This document shows, piece after piece, positions 36,165 through 47,200 of a stretch of 64,000 nt of DNA (its first letter is position 1; the number at the start of each line of letters is the position of its first letter). The notes under the pieces were generated by a model that searched no databases, had not been told where the DNA came from, and worked only from the letters and a program-made list of their open reading frames with translations. The position numbers were made by a program, and so were the translations under genes. Origin of the DNA: a virus (Duplodnaviria; Caudoviricetes); the IMG/VR virus record IMGVR_UViG_3300031606_000339, positions 36,490-100,489 of that record; one strand, 5' to 3'.

Positions 36165-38050
36165 TGAAAAGAAAGAAAAAGATACTTTTCCAGAGCGACT
36201 TTTCTTTAATCAAAACGGGATTCGCTAGGAACGCAAAAGAGGTTCTATCTTATCTCTATAAGACAGGAAAGTACGAGATCGTACATTACTGTTGTGGAAT
36301 AGAGGAGGACTCTCCCGACCTAAAAAGGACCCCTTGGAGATCGATAGGCTCGCTTCCGAAATCGAAAGAGAAGATGGAGGTGATCAGAAAGACCCCGGGG
36401 GGCGAAAAAATGGCCGCTTACGGAGCTTATTACATCGACGAAGTAATAGAGAGAGAAAGACCAGACGTCTACATCGCCGCGCAAGATATTTGGGGAGTAG
36501 ACTTCGCCGTAAACAAGCACTGGTTCAACAAAATAAGCTCTGTAATTTGGACAACGCTAGACTCTTTGCCTCTGCTGCCTTCCGCAATACACATTGCACC
36601 AAAAATAAATAATTATTGGGTGTGGAGCTCTTTCGCGACTAAAGAGCTTAACAAATTAGGACATACTCACGTCAAAACGTTTCACGGCGCGCTTGATGAC
36701 GAGGAGTTTTCTCCCTTAGCTAAAGAAGAAAAGCTTGAGCTTAGAAAGCAGAACGGAATTTCTCCCGAGTGTTACGTAATAGGGTTCGTATTTAGGAATC
36801 AATTAAGAAAGTCTGTTCCGAACCTGTTCCAAGGCTTTAGGAAATTTAGAGAAGAGAATCCTTACGTAAAAAACTGCAAGCTCTTGCTACACACTGATTT
36901 CAGGGAAGGCTGGGATATTAAGAGATTAGCGGACGAAATCAAAATAGACGGCAATGATATTTTAACTACCCACGTTTGCGGGAAATGCTTTAAGTATGAG
37001 ATTAAACCCTACGATGGTCCAAACAAAGACTGCTCTCGTTGCGGCGCGGAGTCGATAGTTAACACTGCGGGTGTCGCCTTGGGCGTCACAGAAAAATATT
37101 TAAATGAAATATATAATTTAATGGACGTATATTGTCACCCATTTACCTCTGGAGGGCAAGAGATACCCATACAAGAAGCAAAATTTGCAGGAGTACCCAC
37201 TCTAGTGACCAACTACAGCTGCGGAGAAGAAATGTGCTCAAAAGAAGCGCATTCACTCCCGCTTGACTGGAATGAATTCCGAGAATTTGGAACCAATTTT
37301 ATAAAAGCCTCAACGTGCCCCAAGTCTATAGCGAAACAGTTGAAAAAAATATACTCAATGACTAGGGAGAAAAGGCAGGCTCTAGGCGAAAAGGGAAGAA
37401 AGTGGGCTCTTGAAAACTATTCCATTAAAAACCTTGGCAAAAAATTAGAAGAGTTCTTAGACCCCTTGCCTCTTATAGATAAAAATAAATTTCCTAAGTT
37501 ACAAAAGAAAAATCCAAGCGCCGAAATACCAGAGGCAGAAGATGACAGAGAGTGGATTAAGCTGCTGTACAAGCTGATCTTAAAGGTAGAAGTAAGTGAT
37601 GACGATGACGGAGTAAAACATTGGCTGGACGAAATCAAAAAGGAGAACGCAAGACCCGCAATTGAAAATTATTTTAGGCAAGTGGCCGCAAAAGAAAATT
37701 ATAAGGAAGAAAAGAAGGACTTTCTCGGCTCGCTAGACGAAGAAGACAAGGGCGCAAGAATTTTATACGTTATGCCCGAATCAGAGAGGGAAGTATTTCT
37801 CTCAACCAGCTTATTTAGGTCTATTAAAGAACTGTATCCATCCCATAATCTATATGTCGCCATTAATGAGTCCTTGGAGGACATGCTTGCATTTAACCCC
37901 TACGTGCACAAGGTTTTGAGGTACGAAGGGGAGATGGAAGACTTTAAAAAGCTAGAAGAAGAAGAGTTTGAAATAGTTTTCACCCCCCACCACCTTAAGA
38001 ACTACGCGCACAATAACAAAGACAAGACTTTCCATGATTTAAACTATTAA
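36164..38050 (+). CDS. GT4 glycosyltransferase with zinc-finger insert and C-terminal GT9-like N-domain
   Basis: TGFA, QDIW, RNQLRK, CGKC...CSRC, YNLMDVY..P..SGG.EIP..EA; tail RILYVMP...FRSIKELYP...NPYVHKV. Confidence 0.85.
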   Translation: MKRKKKILFQSDFSLIKTGFARNAKEVLSYLYKTGKYEIVHYCCGIEEDSPDLKRTPWRSIGSLPKSKEKMEVIRKTPGGEKMAAYGAYYIDEVIERERPDVYIAAQDIWGVDFAVNKHWFNKISSVIWTTLDSLPLLPSAIHIAPKINNYWVWSSFATKELNKLGHTHVKTFHGALDDEEFSPLAKEEKLELRKQNGISPECYVIGFVFRNQLRKSVPNLFQGFRKFREENPYVKNCKLLLHTDFREGWDIKRLADEIKIDGNDILTTHVCGKCFKYEIKPYDGPNKDCSRCGAESIVNTAGVALGVTEKYLNEIYNLMDVYCHPFTSGGQEIPIQEAKFAGVPTLVTNYSCGEEMCSKEAHSLPLDWNEFREFGTNFIKASTCPKSIAKQLKKIYSMTREKRQALGEKGRKWALENYSIKNLGKKLEEFLDPLPLIDKNKFPKLQKKNPSAEIPEAEDDREWIKLLYKLILKVEVSDDDDGVKHWLDEIKKENARPAIENYFRQVAAKENYKEEKKDFLGSLDEEDKGARILYVMPESEREVFLSTSLFRSIKELYPSHNLYVAINESLEDMLAFNPYVHKVLRYEGEMEDFKKLEEEEFEIVFTPHHLKNYAHNNKDKTFHDLNY

Positions 38051-38055
38051 GACTC

Positions 38056-39216
38056 ATGCACGCTCTAGAATCATATGCAGCAAGCTGCAATTTAAAGATA
38101 GATAAGCCTCACATCTCTGAGCTATTTTTTCCCGTCGCTGAAAAAAGGTATATCAGCTTGGATACATCTAATTTTAGCAATCCATACGTATATGACTACT
38201 GGCAAGAAGCGGTAAATATACTAAAGCCCTTTTTAGATAAAGAAAACATATCTATTATTCAAGTTGGTAAGGAAGACGATAAAACCATAGCCTCAGTCAA
38301 CAGGAGCAACGGCAACGCTAACGACAATCAACTTGCGTACATCATAAGGCATTCCCTGCTGCACCTTAGCGGCGACGCGCTCTCTAACCAAATAGCCTCT
38401 TACTATAACAAAAAAATGGTCGTAGTCTTTTCGGAGGGGAACAATAAGCGATTTGAACCCTACTGGGGAGAGCAGGAAAATCAATTTTACCTTAACGGCG
38501 AGAAGAAAGAAAATCAAAAATCGATTAACTCAATTAAACCAGAGGAAATAGCCAAAAAGGTATGTAAATCGCTCGACATAGACTTCACGTATAACTACGA
38601 GACCTTATACATGGGGGCGAAGTTCGTGGATGGTCTAGAGTTTGTTGAAACAATACCTAATCAATGCGTTAACCTAGAGTCAATAGGAGTAAAGAACATC
38701 CTGTTCAGAATGGACTTACTTTTTAACGAGCGATACTTGGTGGAGCAACTACAGGAGGGGCGCTGTTCCGTTATCACTAGCAAGCCAATAAATATTAATA
38801 TTATTAAAAATTTTAAAGAAAAAATTTCTGAGATGGTTTACTTCATGGAGAAAGACGATGACTCCTCGTTCTGCAGAGAGTGCCAAAATCTAGGCGTTAA
38901 TGTCGTATTAGTGTCATATCTAGCGGGGGAGGAGTTAGATAAAGAAAAATTAAAGTTCATGGAGATAAATAGAATAATCGAACAGCCCCAAAACGACCCG
39001 TCAAACATAAAAGAGTTACAAGATTACAGCCCTGAAGAACTATTCTATAAGTCTAACAAGTATACGCTAAGCGAAGCAAAAATATACGCTTCTGAAGCTG
39101 GCTGGCACGAAAATAAAGACGTAAAGACGAAAAACGAAATATCGAAAGTGATAAACACCCCCGTTTTCTGGAGACAATTAGAAAATTTCTGCATTCTGAA
39201 AAAGAAATCTGCTTGA
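38056..39216 (+). CDS. GT9 (heptosyltransferase)-like C-domain protein
   Basis: MHALESYA, YDYWQE, IIQVG, QLAYIIRHS.LH...D....IAS...KKMVVVF. Confidence 0.6.
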   Translation: MHALESYAASCNLKIDKPHISELFFPVAEKRYISLDTSNFSNPYVYDYWQEAVNILKPFLDKENISIIQVGKEDDKTIASVNRSNGNANDNQLAYIIRHSLLHLSGDALSNQIASYYNKKMVVVFSEGNNKRFEPYWGEQENQFYLNGEKKENQKSINSIKPEEIAKKVCKSLDIDFTYNYETLYMGAKFVDGLEFVETIPNQCVNLESIGVKNILFRMDLLFNERYLVEQLQEGRCSVITSKPININIIKNFKEKISEMVYFMEKDDDSSFCRECQNLGVNVVLVSYLAGEELDKEKLKFMEINRIIEQPQNDPSNIKELQDYSPEELFYKSNKYTLSEAKIYASEAGWHENKDVKTKNEISKVINTPVFWRQLENFCILKKKSA

Positions 39217-39241
39217 CAATTTATTAAAATAAGACCATAAT
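39213..39241 (+). promoter_or_regulatory. Sigma70-type promoter, leaderless-type
   Basis: TTGACA (overlapping the upstream TGA)-17-CATAAT, ATG 6 nt downstream. Confidence 0.75.
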
Positions 39242-39247
39242 TGAGTT

Positions 39248-39940
39248 ATGGCTAAGAAGAAAATTGAACGGACTGCCGATGGCTTAATCAAAGGCGTAAA
39301 ATATATATTTACGGATGATGGGCTAATCGATTGGCGCAAGATGGTGAAAACCGAATACCTTGTCCCTAATCGCTCGCGCACAAAAGAAACAGATGTATCA
39401 AAACTTGAAGATAACCAATTGTTGGTTCTTCTTGGAGGCATTAAAGAACTCTCTCAGATTCGCGGCTACACAAGCCTTGAATACGACACGGTTTCCCCCT
39501 CCCCAGACTACGTCGTGGCCACATGCAAAATCGCTTGGACCCCCAATTACGAAACAGAGGGGCAAGCTGTAACGTTTTCTGCCATAGGGGACGCTTCACC
39601 AAGCAACACTAGCAGTTTCGCTAAGTTTTTCTTAGGACCGATTGCGGAGAATCGGGCTTTTGTCAGGTGCGTTAGAAACTTTCTTAAAATTAACATTGTG
39701 GGGCAAGAAGAGTTAGGCAACGCAAAACTCGCTGCGGGAGAACCTGAAGCAGAGAACCTAGCGGACCCTAAGACGCTTCTAGAAAAAATGATGAAAGAAA
39801 AGGGCGTGTCTTTTGACACGTTAAAAAGCAAGCTGATTAAAGAAAAGTATGAAAAGGCAGACAGCCTTGAGTCCTTGGCAGATATCCCCAAGATGAAAAC
39901 ATTTGAATTGATAGAGAGAATTAAAAATATGGGTAAATAA
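39248..39940 (+). CDS. Putative single-strand annealing protein (Rad52/Sak/RecT-like)
   Basis: GG..EL...RG, VVATC, FSAIGDA, IAENRAFVR.VRNFL.I....EEL. Confidence 0.55.
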   Translation: MAKKKIERTADGLIKGVKYIFTDDGLIDWRKMVKTEYLVPNRSRTKETDVSKLEDNQLLVLLGGIKELSQIRGYTSLEYDTVSPSPDYVVATCKIAWTPNYETEGQAVTFSAIGDASPSNTSSFAKFFLGPIAENRAFVRCVRNFLKINIVGQEELGNAKLAAGEPEAENLADPKTLLEKMMKEKGVSFDTLKSKLIKEKYEKADSLESLADIPKMKTFELIERIKNMGK

Positions 39941-39960
39941 CACTTCGAAAGAGAATAAAC

Positions 39961-40551
39961 ATGAAAAAACTAATATTAGCTGTGGTGCTACTAGTTAATT
40001 CCTCGAACCTTACTAAAGGAGAAGTCTTTAAATTTAAAGATGGAACAATAGTAAAAGGTAAAATTCTCTACCTAAAGGAAAGAGACACTTTTAACATTAA
40101 CGCTAAGGGGCTACATATTATATCAGAAAAGGGAGGTCTTTATGTCCACCACTACCCTTACAGTCGTGGCGCGTCCGAAGAATATGTTCCTCGTCCCCCG
40201 ATAGGTAGCGCGCTGAACCCAGCAGGCTTGCCGAACTGTGTCCCTACAAGGATTAATTTTATACAATTTAGTAAGCCAACGATTAGGAATATCCTTTGGG
40301 GGTATCAAGAGGAATTAAAGTATCACGCTAACAAATATTCTTCTGACGATTTATTTGATATGGGTAGGGCTGTCGCCGCTCTCCATAAAGCTTACTACTG
40401 GAAGCCGCGTAACAAATTCGAATTAAGAAGCCCTATCGATACTCGTGCATGGAATAACGAAATCAATACGAAGTTTAAGGCGCACCACGGCTTTTTCGTC
40501 TATGGGAAATATTTAAAGGGTCGTACAAATGTACACAGCCGTTCTCCTTGA
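39961..40551 (+). CDS. Hypothetical exported protein
   Basis: MKKLILAVVLLV signal-like N-terminus; FKDGTIVKGKI motif. Confidence 0.6.
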   Translation: MKKLILAVVLLVNSSNLTKGEVFKFKDGTIVKGKILYLKERDTFNINAKGLHIISEKGGLYVHHYPYSRGASEEYVPRPPIGSALNPAGLPNCVPTRINFIQFSKPTIRNILWGYQEELKYHANKYSSDDLFDMGRAVAALHKAYYWKPRNKFELRSPIDTRAWNNEINTKFKAHHGFFVYGKYLKGRTNVHSRSP

Positions 40552-41251
40552 GTAGCTGATATTTTGCTATTTTTAATTTCAAGAGATCTTTCTTGGACGC
40601 TCTGTCGTTGACGGAGCCTTTTCTTTTTATATACGTGTGAGTTAATAAGCCTTTTGCTTTTACTATTTTTAAATTTTTATTAATTCTTAAATGCCACGAA
40701 GTATATATGTCTGAATATGCGTTGAATTTTTCATCCCATATCTTTCCGGTTTGGGGAATCAGAGAATAGTGAAATGCTGTAGCCCACCACCCGAAACTCA
40801 TATATAACCACGCATAATCTGTATCAACTAGCTTTCTGTTACCGTCGGGATATAGTATTTCATAGTCTCCAAACGCAAATTTTGAGCCTGTGTTTGCTAA
40901 AATTTCTACTAGATCTAGCCTTTCCTTACGCATTAAATCGTCGCTGTCCATCATGCAAATCGCTGGATATTCATGACCATTTTCTAGACACATTTTAAAA
41001 ACTCTATTTTTTGCCGCAGCGCAGTTCTTTGCCTTGCTAAATTTTTTCATCTTCCAATGACGTGCAGAACTTTTTTCAGAAAAACGCTCAGCTATTTCGT
41101 AAGTTGAATCAGCGCTTCCATCATCTCCGAATAGCATGATCCATTTTTGACCTTGCATCACTTCTTCGATGCTCTGTAAGCATTCAGATAAATAATCTTC
41201 TGAATTGAACGCGGAGATTACGACTTGAACACCCTTATTTTTCCAAAGCAT
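40475..41251 (-). CDS. GT2 glycosyltransferase
   Basis: VVISAFN...L..CL.SI, DDGSADST, AKN, MDSDD. Confidence 0.85.
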   Translation of the reverse strand: MLWKNKGVQVVISAFNSEDYLSECLQSIEEVMQGQKWIMLFGDDGSADSTYEIAERFSEKSSARHWKMKKFSKAKNCAAAKNRVFKMCLENGHEYPAICMMDSDDLMRKERLDLVEILANTGSKFAFGDYEILYPDGNRKLVDTDYAWLYMSFGWWATAFHYSLIPQTGKIWDEKFNAYSDIYTSWHLRINKNLKIVKAKGLLTHTYIKRKGSVNDRASKKDLLKLKIAKYQLLKENGCVHLYDPLNISHRRKSRGAP

Positions 41252-41254
41252 TGT

Positions 41255-44200
41255 CTATTTTTTCCAGCTGCTCCAGAAAGCGTTATTGTCTTTCATTTCG
41301 TCTTCTGAATATTCCATGAACCTTCTGCCCATTCTACCTTTTCTTATTCCAGATATTTTTATGTAAATCTCTTCGGGTACTGATCCTCCGAACTTGATCC
41401 TGACAGTGTTACCATCTATTTTGATTCCGCACGCGGACGGCTCACTAGTTGTATGGCTGATTGCTATAATAGAATTACTTTCGCAAGCATGATAAAATTC
41501 TTTGTCTATCGTTATAGTGAGATAATCTTTGCCTTCTGTTTTAATAGCTAGTATATCTTCAAATCTTGTTTCGGGCATTTCTACGCAAACTAATGCCACG
41601 TATTTTTCTCCATAAACACTGGGCACTATAGCCGCCTTATCTCCTTGGTCGCCTTGGGGTCCGCCAGACTTACCCGGTGCACCCACAAAGCCTTGCGCGC
41701 CTTGCGCTCCATCCGATTCGCCTTGATAACCCTGATAGCCTTGTGCTCCATCCGATTCGCCTTGATAACCCTGATAGCCAAGTGCGCCTTGTGCTCCATC
41801 CGATTCGCCTTGGAAGCCTTGTTTGCCTTGGTAACCTTGAATGCCCTGTATACCCTGTTTGCCTTGGTAACCTTGAATGCCCTGTATGCCCTGTTTGCCT
41901 TGGTAACCTTGAATGCCTTGTACGCCCTGTTTGCCTTGGTAACCTTGTATACCTTGTACGCCTTGAACGCCTTGAACGCCTTGAACGCCTTGAACGCCTT
42001 GCACACCTTGCGCGCCTGCTGCTCCTTGTGCTCCTTGTGCTCCATCCGATTCGCCTTGTGCTCCATCTTGCCCTGACGCGCCAAACCCACCTTGTGCGCC
42101 TTGCTCTCCGTCTGTCTCGCCTTGGTTACCTTGATTACCTTGAAAGCCTTGTTTACCTTGAATGCCCGGACCACCCCATCTGCCTTGATAACCCTGATAG
42201 CCTTGTGCTCCATCCGATTCGCCTTGATAACCCTGATAGCCTTGTGCTCCATCCGATTCGCCTTGGTAACCTTGTATACCTTGTACGCCTTGAACGCCTT
42301 GTTTGCCTTGGTAACCTTGAATGCCCTGTATACCCTGTTTGCCTTGATAACCTTGTGCGCCACCCCCGCCGCCGCTGCCATCCTTGCCCGGTACACCCTC
42401 AAGACCTTGGTAACCTTGCGCTCCATTGCCCACAAAGCCTTGCGCTCCTTGTGCTCCATCCGATTCGCCTTGATAACCCTGATCGCCTTGTGCTCCATCC
42501 GATTCGCCTTGGAAGCCTTGTTTGCCTTGGTAACCTTGAATGCCCTGTATACCCTGTTTGCCTTGGTAACCTTGAATGCCTTGGAAACCTTGTACACCTA
42601 TATTGCCTTGAGACCCTTTGTGACCTTGGTTGCCGTTCGAGCCTTGGTTTCCTTGAACGCCCTGTATGCCCTGTTTGCCTTGGTAACCTTGAATGCCCTG
42701 TATGCCCTGTTTACCTTGGTAACCTTGAACGCCCTGTATGCCCTGTTTGCCTTGGTAACCTTGAACGCCCTGTATGCCCTGTTTGCCTTGGTAACCTTGT
42801 ACGCCTTGAGCGCCTTGAATGCCTACATTACCTTGGGCTCCTATTACTCCTTGTTCTCCTCGTGCGCCTTGTGCTCCTTGATTACCCTGATAGCCTTGCG
42901 AGCCTTGAAATCCTTGGTAGCCTTGTTTACCGTCTGAGCCTTGGGATCCTTGTTTACCTTGATAGCCTTGGGCTCCTTGGGCTCCTTGTTTACCCGTCAA
43001 GCCTTGCGTACCTGTGCCAGTTGCTCCTTGGTCTCCTTGACCTCCTTGTAACCCTTGGCAACCTTGGGCTCCTTGATCGCCTTGGACTCCTTGGACTCCT
43101 TGAACTCCTTGAACTCCAACTCCTGCGTAACCTTGGCTACCCTGTTTGCCCCCCGTATCTCCTTGAGACCCTTGATCACCTAAGCCTTGTACTCCTTGAT
43201 TACCTTGATCGCCTTGCGTGCCGCCCGTACCCGAACCACCTTGGGTTCCTTGATTTCCCGGGAGCCCTTGCGCTCCATCAAGACCCTGACAGCCTTGCAC
43301 GCCTTGGTCACCCTGCTTACCTTGAACACCTTGAACGCCTTGATCTCCCGCACCAGTTAAGCCTTGAACCCCTTGCGCTCCATCTGCAGCCGTAGGTCCT
43401 TGTTCGCCTATCGCGCCTTGACCTCCTGTGCCAACTGCGCCTTGTCCGCCCTGTTTGCCTTGGTAACCTTGAACGCCCTGTATGCCCTGTTTGCCTTGGT
43501 AACCTTGAATGCCCTGTATGCCCTGTTTACCTTGGTAACCTTGAACGCCCTGTATGCCCTGTTTGCCTTGGTAACCTTGAACGCCCTGTATGCCCTGTTT
43601 GCCTTGGTAACCTTGAATGCCCTGTATGCCCTGTTTGCCTTGGTAACCTTGGTTGCCTTGGCCGCCTTGGTTGCCTATGGTTCCTTGAACACCTTGTTTA
43701 CCGTCTGTGCCTGCCCCGCCTTGATTGCCTTGAAAACCTTGTTTGCCCTGAACACCGATGTCTCCTTGATCGCCTTGTACGCCTTGTACGCCTTGTACGC
43801 CTTGTACGCCTTGTACGCCTTGCACGCCTTGGGCTCCTATATTACCTTGGTCGCCTTGGTTACCTATGGTTCCTTGAACGCCTTGACCGCCTTGAACGCC
43901 TTGTTTGCCAGTTGAGCCTTGGTTGCCGTAACCAATTGAGCCTTGCACACCCGCTCCACCTTGTACGCCTTGTACGCCTTGAACACCCACGCCGCCTTGT
44001 CCACCTATTGAGCCCTGTCCACCTATTGAACCTTGACTGCCTGTAGTTCCTTTTAATCCTTGGTCACCTTGACCGCCTAAAGCCCCTTGGTCACCTTGAC
44101 CGCCTAAAGCCCCTTGGTCACCTTGTACACCCAGTTCGCCTTGGTAACCCTGTTCACCAATCGCGCCTTGATTACCTTGGTTGCCTGAGGACCCTTGATT

Positions 44201-47200
44201 ACCCTGATCACCTTGTTTCCCAGCTAAGCCTTGATCACCTGTCGCTCCTTGGTTGCCTTGGTCGCCTTGGTTACCTTGGAAACCCTGTATGCCTTCCTTG
44301 CCTTGAGCTCCTTGATCGCCCTTAGCTCCTTGATTACCCTGATAGCCTTGCGAGCCTTGAAAGCCTTGTCTCCCCTGAGCGCCTCCGCCTCCTTGATCAC
44401 CTTGGTAACCTTGTTTACCTTGGTAACCTTGAACGCCCTGCTTACCTTGGTAACCTTGCTTGCCTTGGTAACCTTGCTTGCCTGTTACGCCCTGTATTCC
44501 TTGATACCCCTGTTTACCTTGTACGCCTTGTACGCCTTGATAACCTTGTTTCCCTTGATACCCTTGTCTCCCCTGAGCGCCTCCGCCTCCTTGAACGCCT
44601 TGCCAACCTTGCTTGCCTTGGTAACCTTGCTTGCCGGTTGCGCCTTGGTCGCCGTCTATGCCTTGAGCGCCTACGCCTCCTTGTTTGCCAGTATGCCCTT
44701 GAACTCCGACGTTCCCTTGCGAACCTTTCGAGCCCTGTTTGCCATTACCAATTGAACCTTGGTAACCTTGTTTACCTTGGTAACCTTCAACGCCCTGTAC
44801 GCCTTGTCCGCCAGTACCAGTGACTCCTTGGCTGCCCTGATTACCCTGATTGCCTTGGTAACCTCGAAAGCCTTGCATGCCCAAGTCGCCCCAGCGCCCT
44901 TGGTCGCCTGCATCTCCTTGAACTCCAACTCCTGTGTAACCTTGTCCGCCTTGGTAACCCTGCTTGCCTTGGTAACCTTGTACGCCAGCCTCACCGCCGC
45001 TGCCATCTTTGCCCGGTGCACCCACAAAGCCATGCTCGCCTTGAAAACCCATATTACCTTGAGAGCCTTTACGTCCTTGGTAACCTTGTTTACCTTGATA
45101 GCCAAATCTGCCTTGGAAACCTTGAACGCCTTGGTTGCCTTGGTAACCTTGCTTACCTTGTACGCCTTGGTTACCTTTTTTGCCTTGGTAACCTTGAATG
45201 CCTTGAATACCTTGAATGCCTTGTTTACCTTGGTACCCTTGAATGCCTTGTTTACCTTGGTACCCTTGAACGCCTTGGTCGCCTTGGTTGCCTTGCACGC
45301 CTTGGACTCCAATTACACCCCGAAAACCTAACAGCCCTCGTTTACCCTGTTCGCCTTGAGTGCCCGCGTTTCCTTGCCTCCCTCTAGCGCCTTGTACTCC
45401 TGCTCCTTGATAACCTTGTTTGCCGTTTGTGCCCGCGTTGCCTTGATCACCTTGATTGCCTTGATCGCCTTGGTCGCCTTGATTGCCTTGATCGCCTTGG
45501 TCGCCTTGATTGCCTTGGTTACCTTGGTATCCTTTTTTTCCTTGATCACCAGTTTTACCTTGTGCGCCTTGGACGCCAGCGTTACCCTGAGAACCTTTAT
45601 GTCCTTGGTTTCCGTTTTTGCCTTGGTAACCCTGCTTACCTTGTGCGCCCTGTTCGCCTTGCACGCCTTGCTTTCCAGTGCCTTGGTCGCCTTGGTTGCC
45701 TTGGTAGCCTCTATTCCCTTGATTTCCTTGGTAGCCTTGACCCCCTTGTTTGCCGTCTACGCCTGCTCCGCCTTGATTACCTTGGAAGCCTTGGCCACCT
45801 CTGTAACCTTGTTGACCTCTTAGACCTTGATAGCCCTGTGCTCCTTGTGCTCCGTCAGAAGGACCTTGTACGCCTTGTACGCCCTGTACACCTTGTTTAC
45901 CTTGATAACCTTGTCCGCCAACATGACCTTGGAAGCCTTGCGCTCCATCAGAAGGACCTTGCACGCCCTGAATGCCCTGTATGCCCTGTATGCCCTGTAT
46001 ACCCTGTTCGCCTTGTACGCCCTGTAAACCTTGTTTACCTTGATAACCTTGTCCGCCAATATGACCTTGCGAGCCTTTGCCACCTTGATTACCTTGGTAA
46101 CCTTGACCACCTTGATTACCTTGTGCTCCTTGGAAGCCTTGATAACCTTGCTTGCCTCGCAATCCTTGGTCGCCTTGAGCTCCTTGGTCTCCTTGTCCGC
46201 CAAGAGTTCCTTGACGACCTTGGTAACCTTGATTACCCTGCTTGCCAGTTTCGCCTTGAAGACCTTGTCCGCCTGTAGAGCCTTGGTTACCTTGGTTGCC
46301 TTGCGCTCCGTATGAACCTTGACTACCTTGTTTGCCGTTTATTCCGATAGTACCCTGATAGCCTTGTCCACCTTGGTTGCCTTGATAGCCTCGCAAACCT
46401 TGCCAGCCCAGCGTGCCTTGAACGCCTTGATCGCCTTGCTTGCCAGTGGCACCTTGGTAACCTTGTTCGCCCTGTATGCCCTGTTTGCCTTGGTAGCCTT
46501 GAATGCCCTGTATGCCCTGTTTGCCTTGGAAGCCTTGAGCTCCTTGATAACCTTGAACGCCCTGTCCGCCTTGTTTGCCTTGGTGACCTTGTTTACCTTG
46601 GTAACCTTGAACGCCCTGTACGCCTTGCCCGCCTTGATAACCTTGTTTACCGTCTGTGCCTGCTCCGCCTTGGTTACCTTGGTTACCTTGGTTGCCTTGG
46701 TTGCCCTGCACGCCAGCATTACCTTGGCGTCCTTTATGTCCTTGCGAGCCATTAGTTCCTTGATCCCCTTGATTACCTTGACCGCCTTGAACACCTTGGT
46801 AGCCTTGCACGCCTTGATGACCCTGCGCTCCATCTGAAGGACCTTGCACTCCTTGACTACCTTGCTTGCCGTCTGTTCCGATAGTACCCTGACCGCCTTG
46901 GTAGCCTCGTTTACCCTGATCCCCATCTGAAGGACCTTGCACTCCTTGAAAACCTTGTACTCCTATATTACCTTGAGCCCCTTTGTGACCTTGATTGCCG
47001 GCTTTACCTTGATAGCCTTGAGCGCCTTGGTCTCCGGTTTTGCCTTGCTTCCCTTGATAACCTTGCTTGCCTTGATAGCCCTGAGCTCCTTGATAACCTT
47101 GAACGCCCTGTCCGCCTTGTTTGCCTTGGTAACCTTGTTTGCCTTGGTAACCTTGTACCCCTTGTTTGCCCTGTATGCCTTGGTAGCCTTGGTAACCTTG

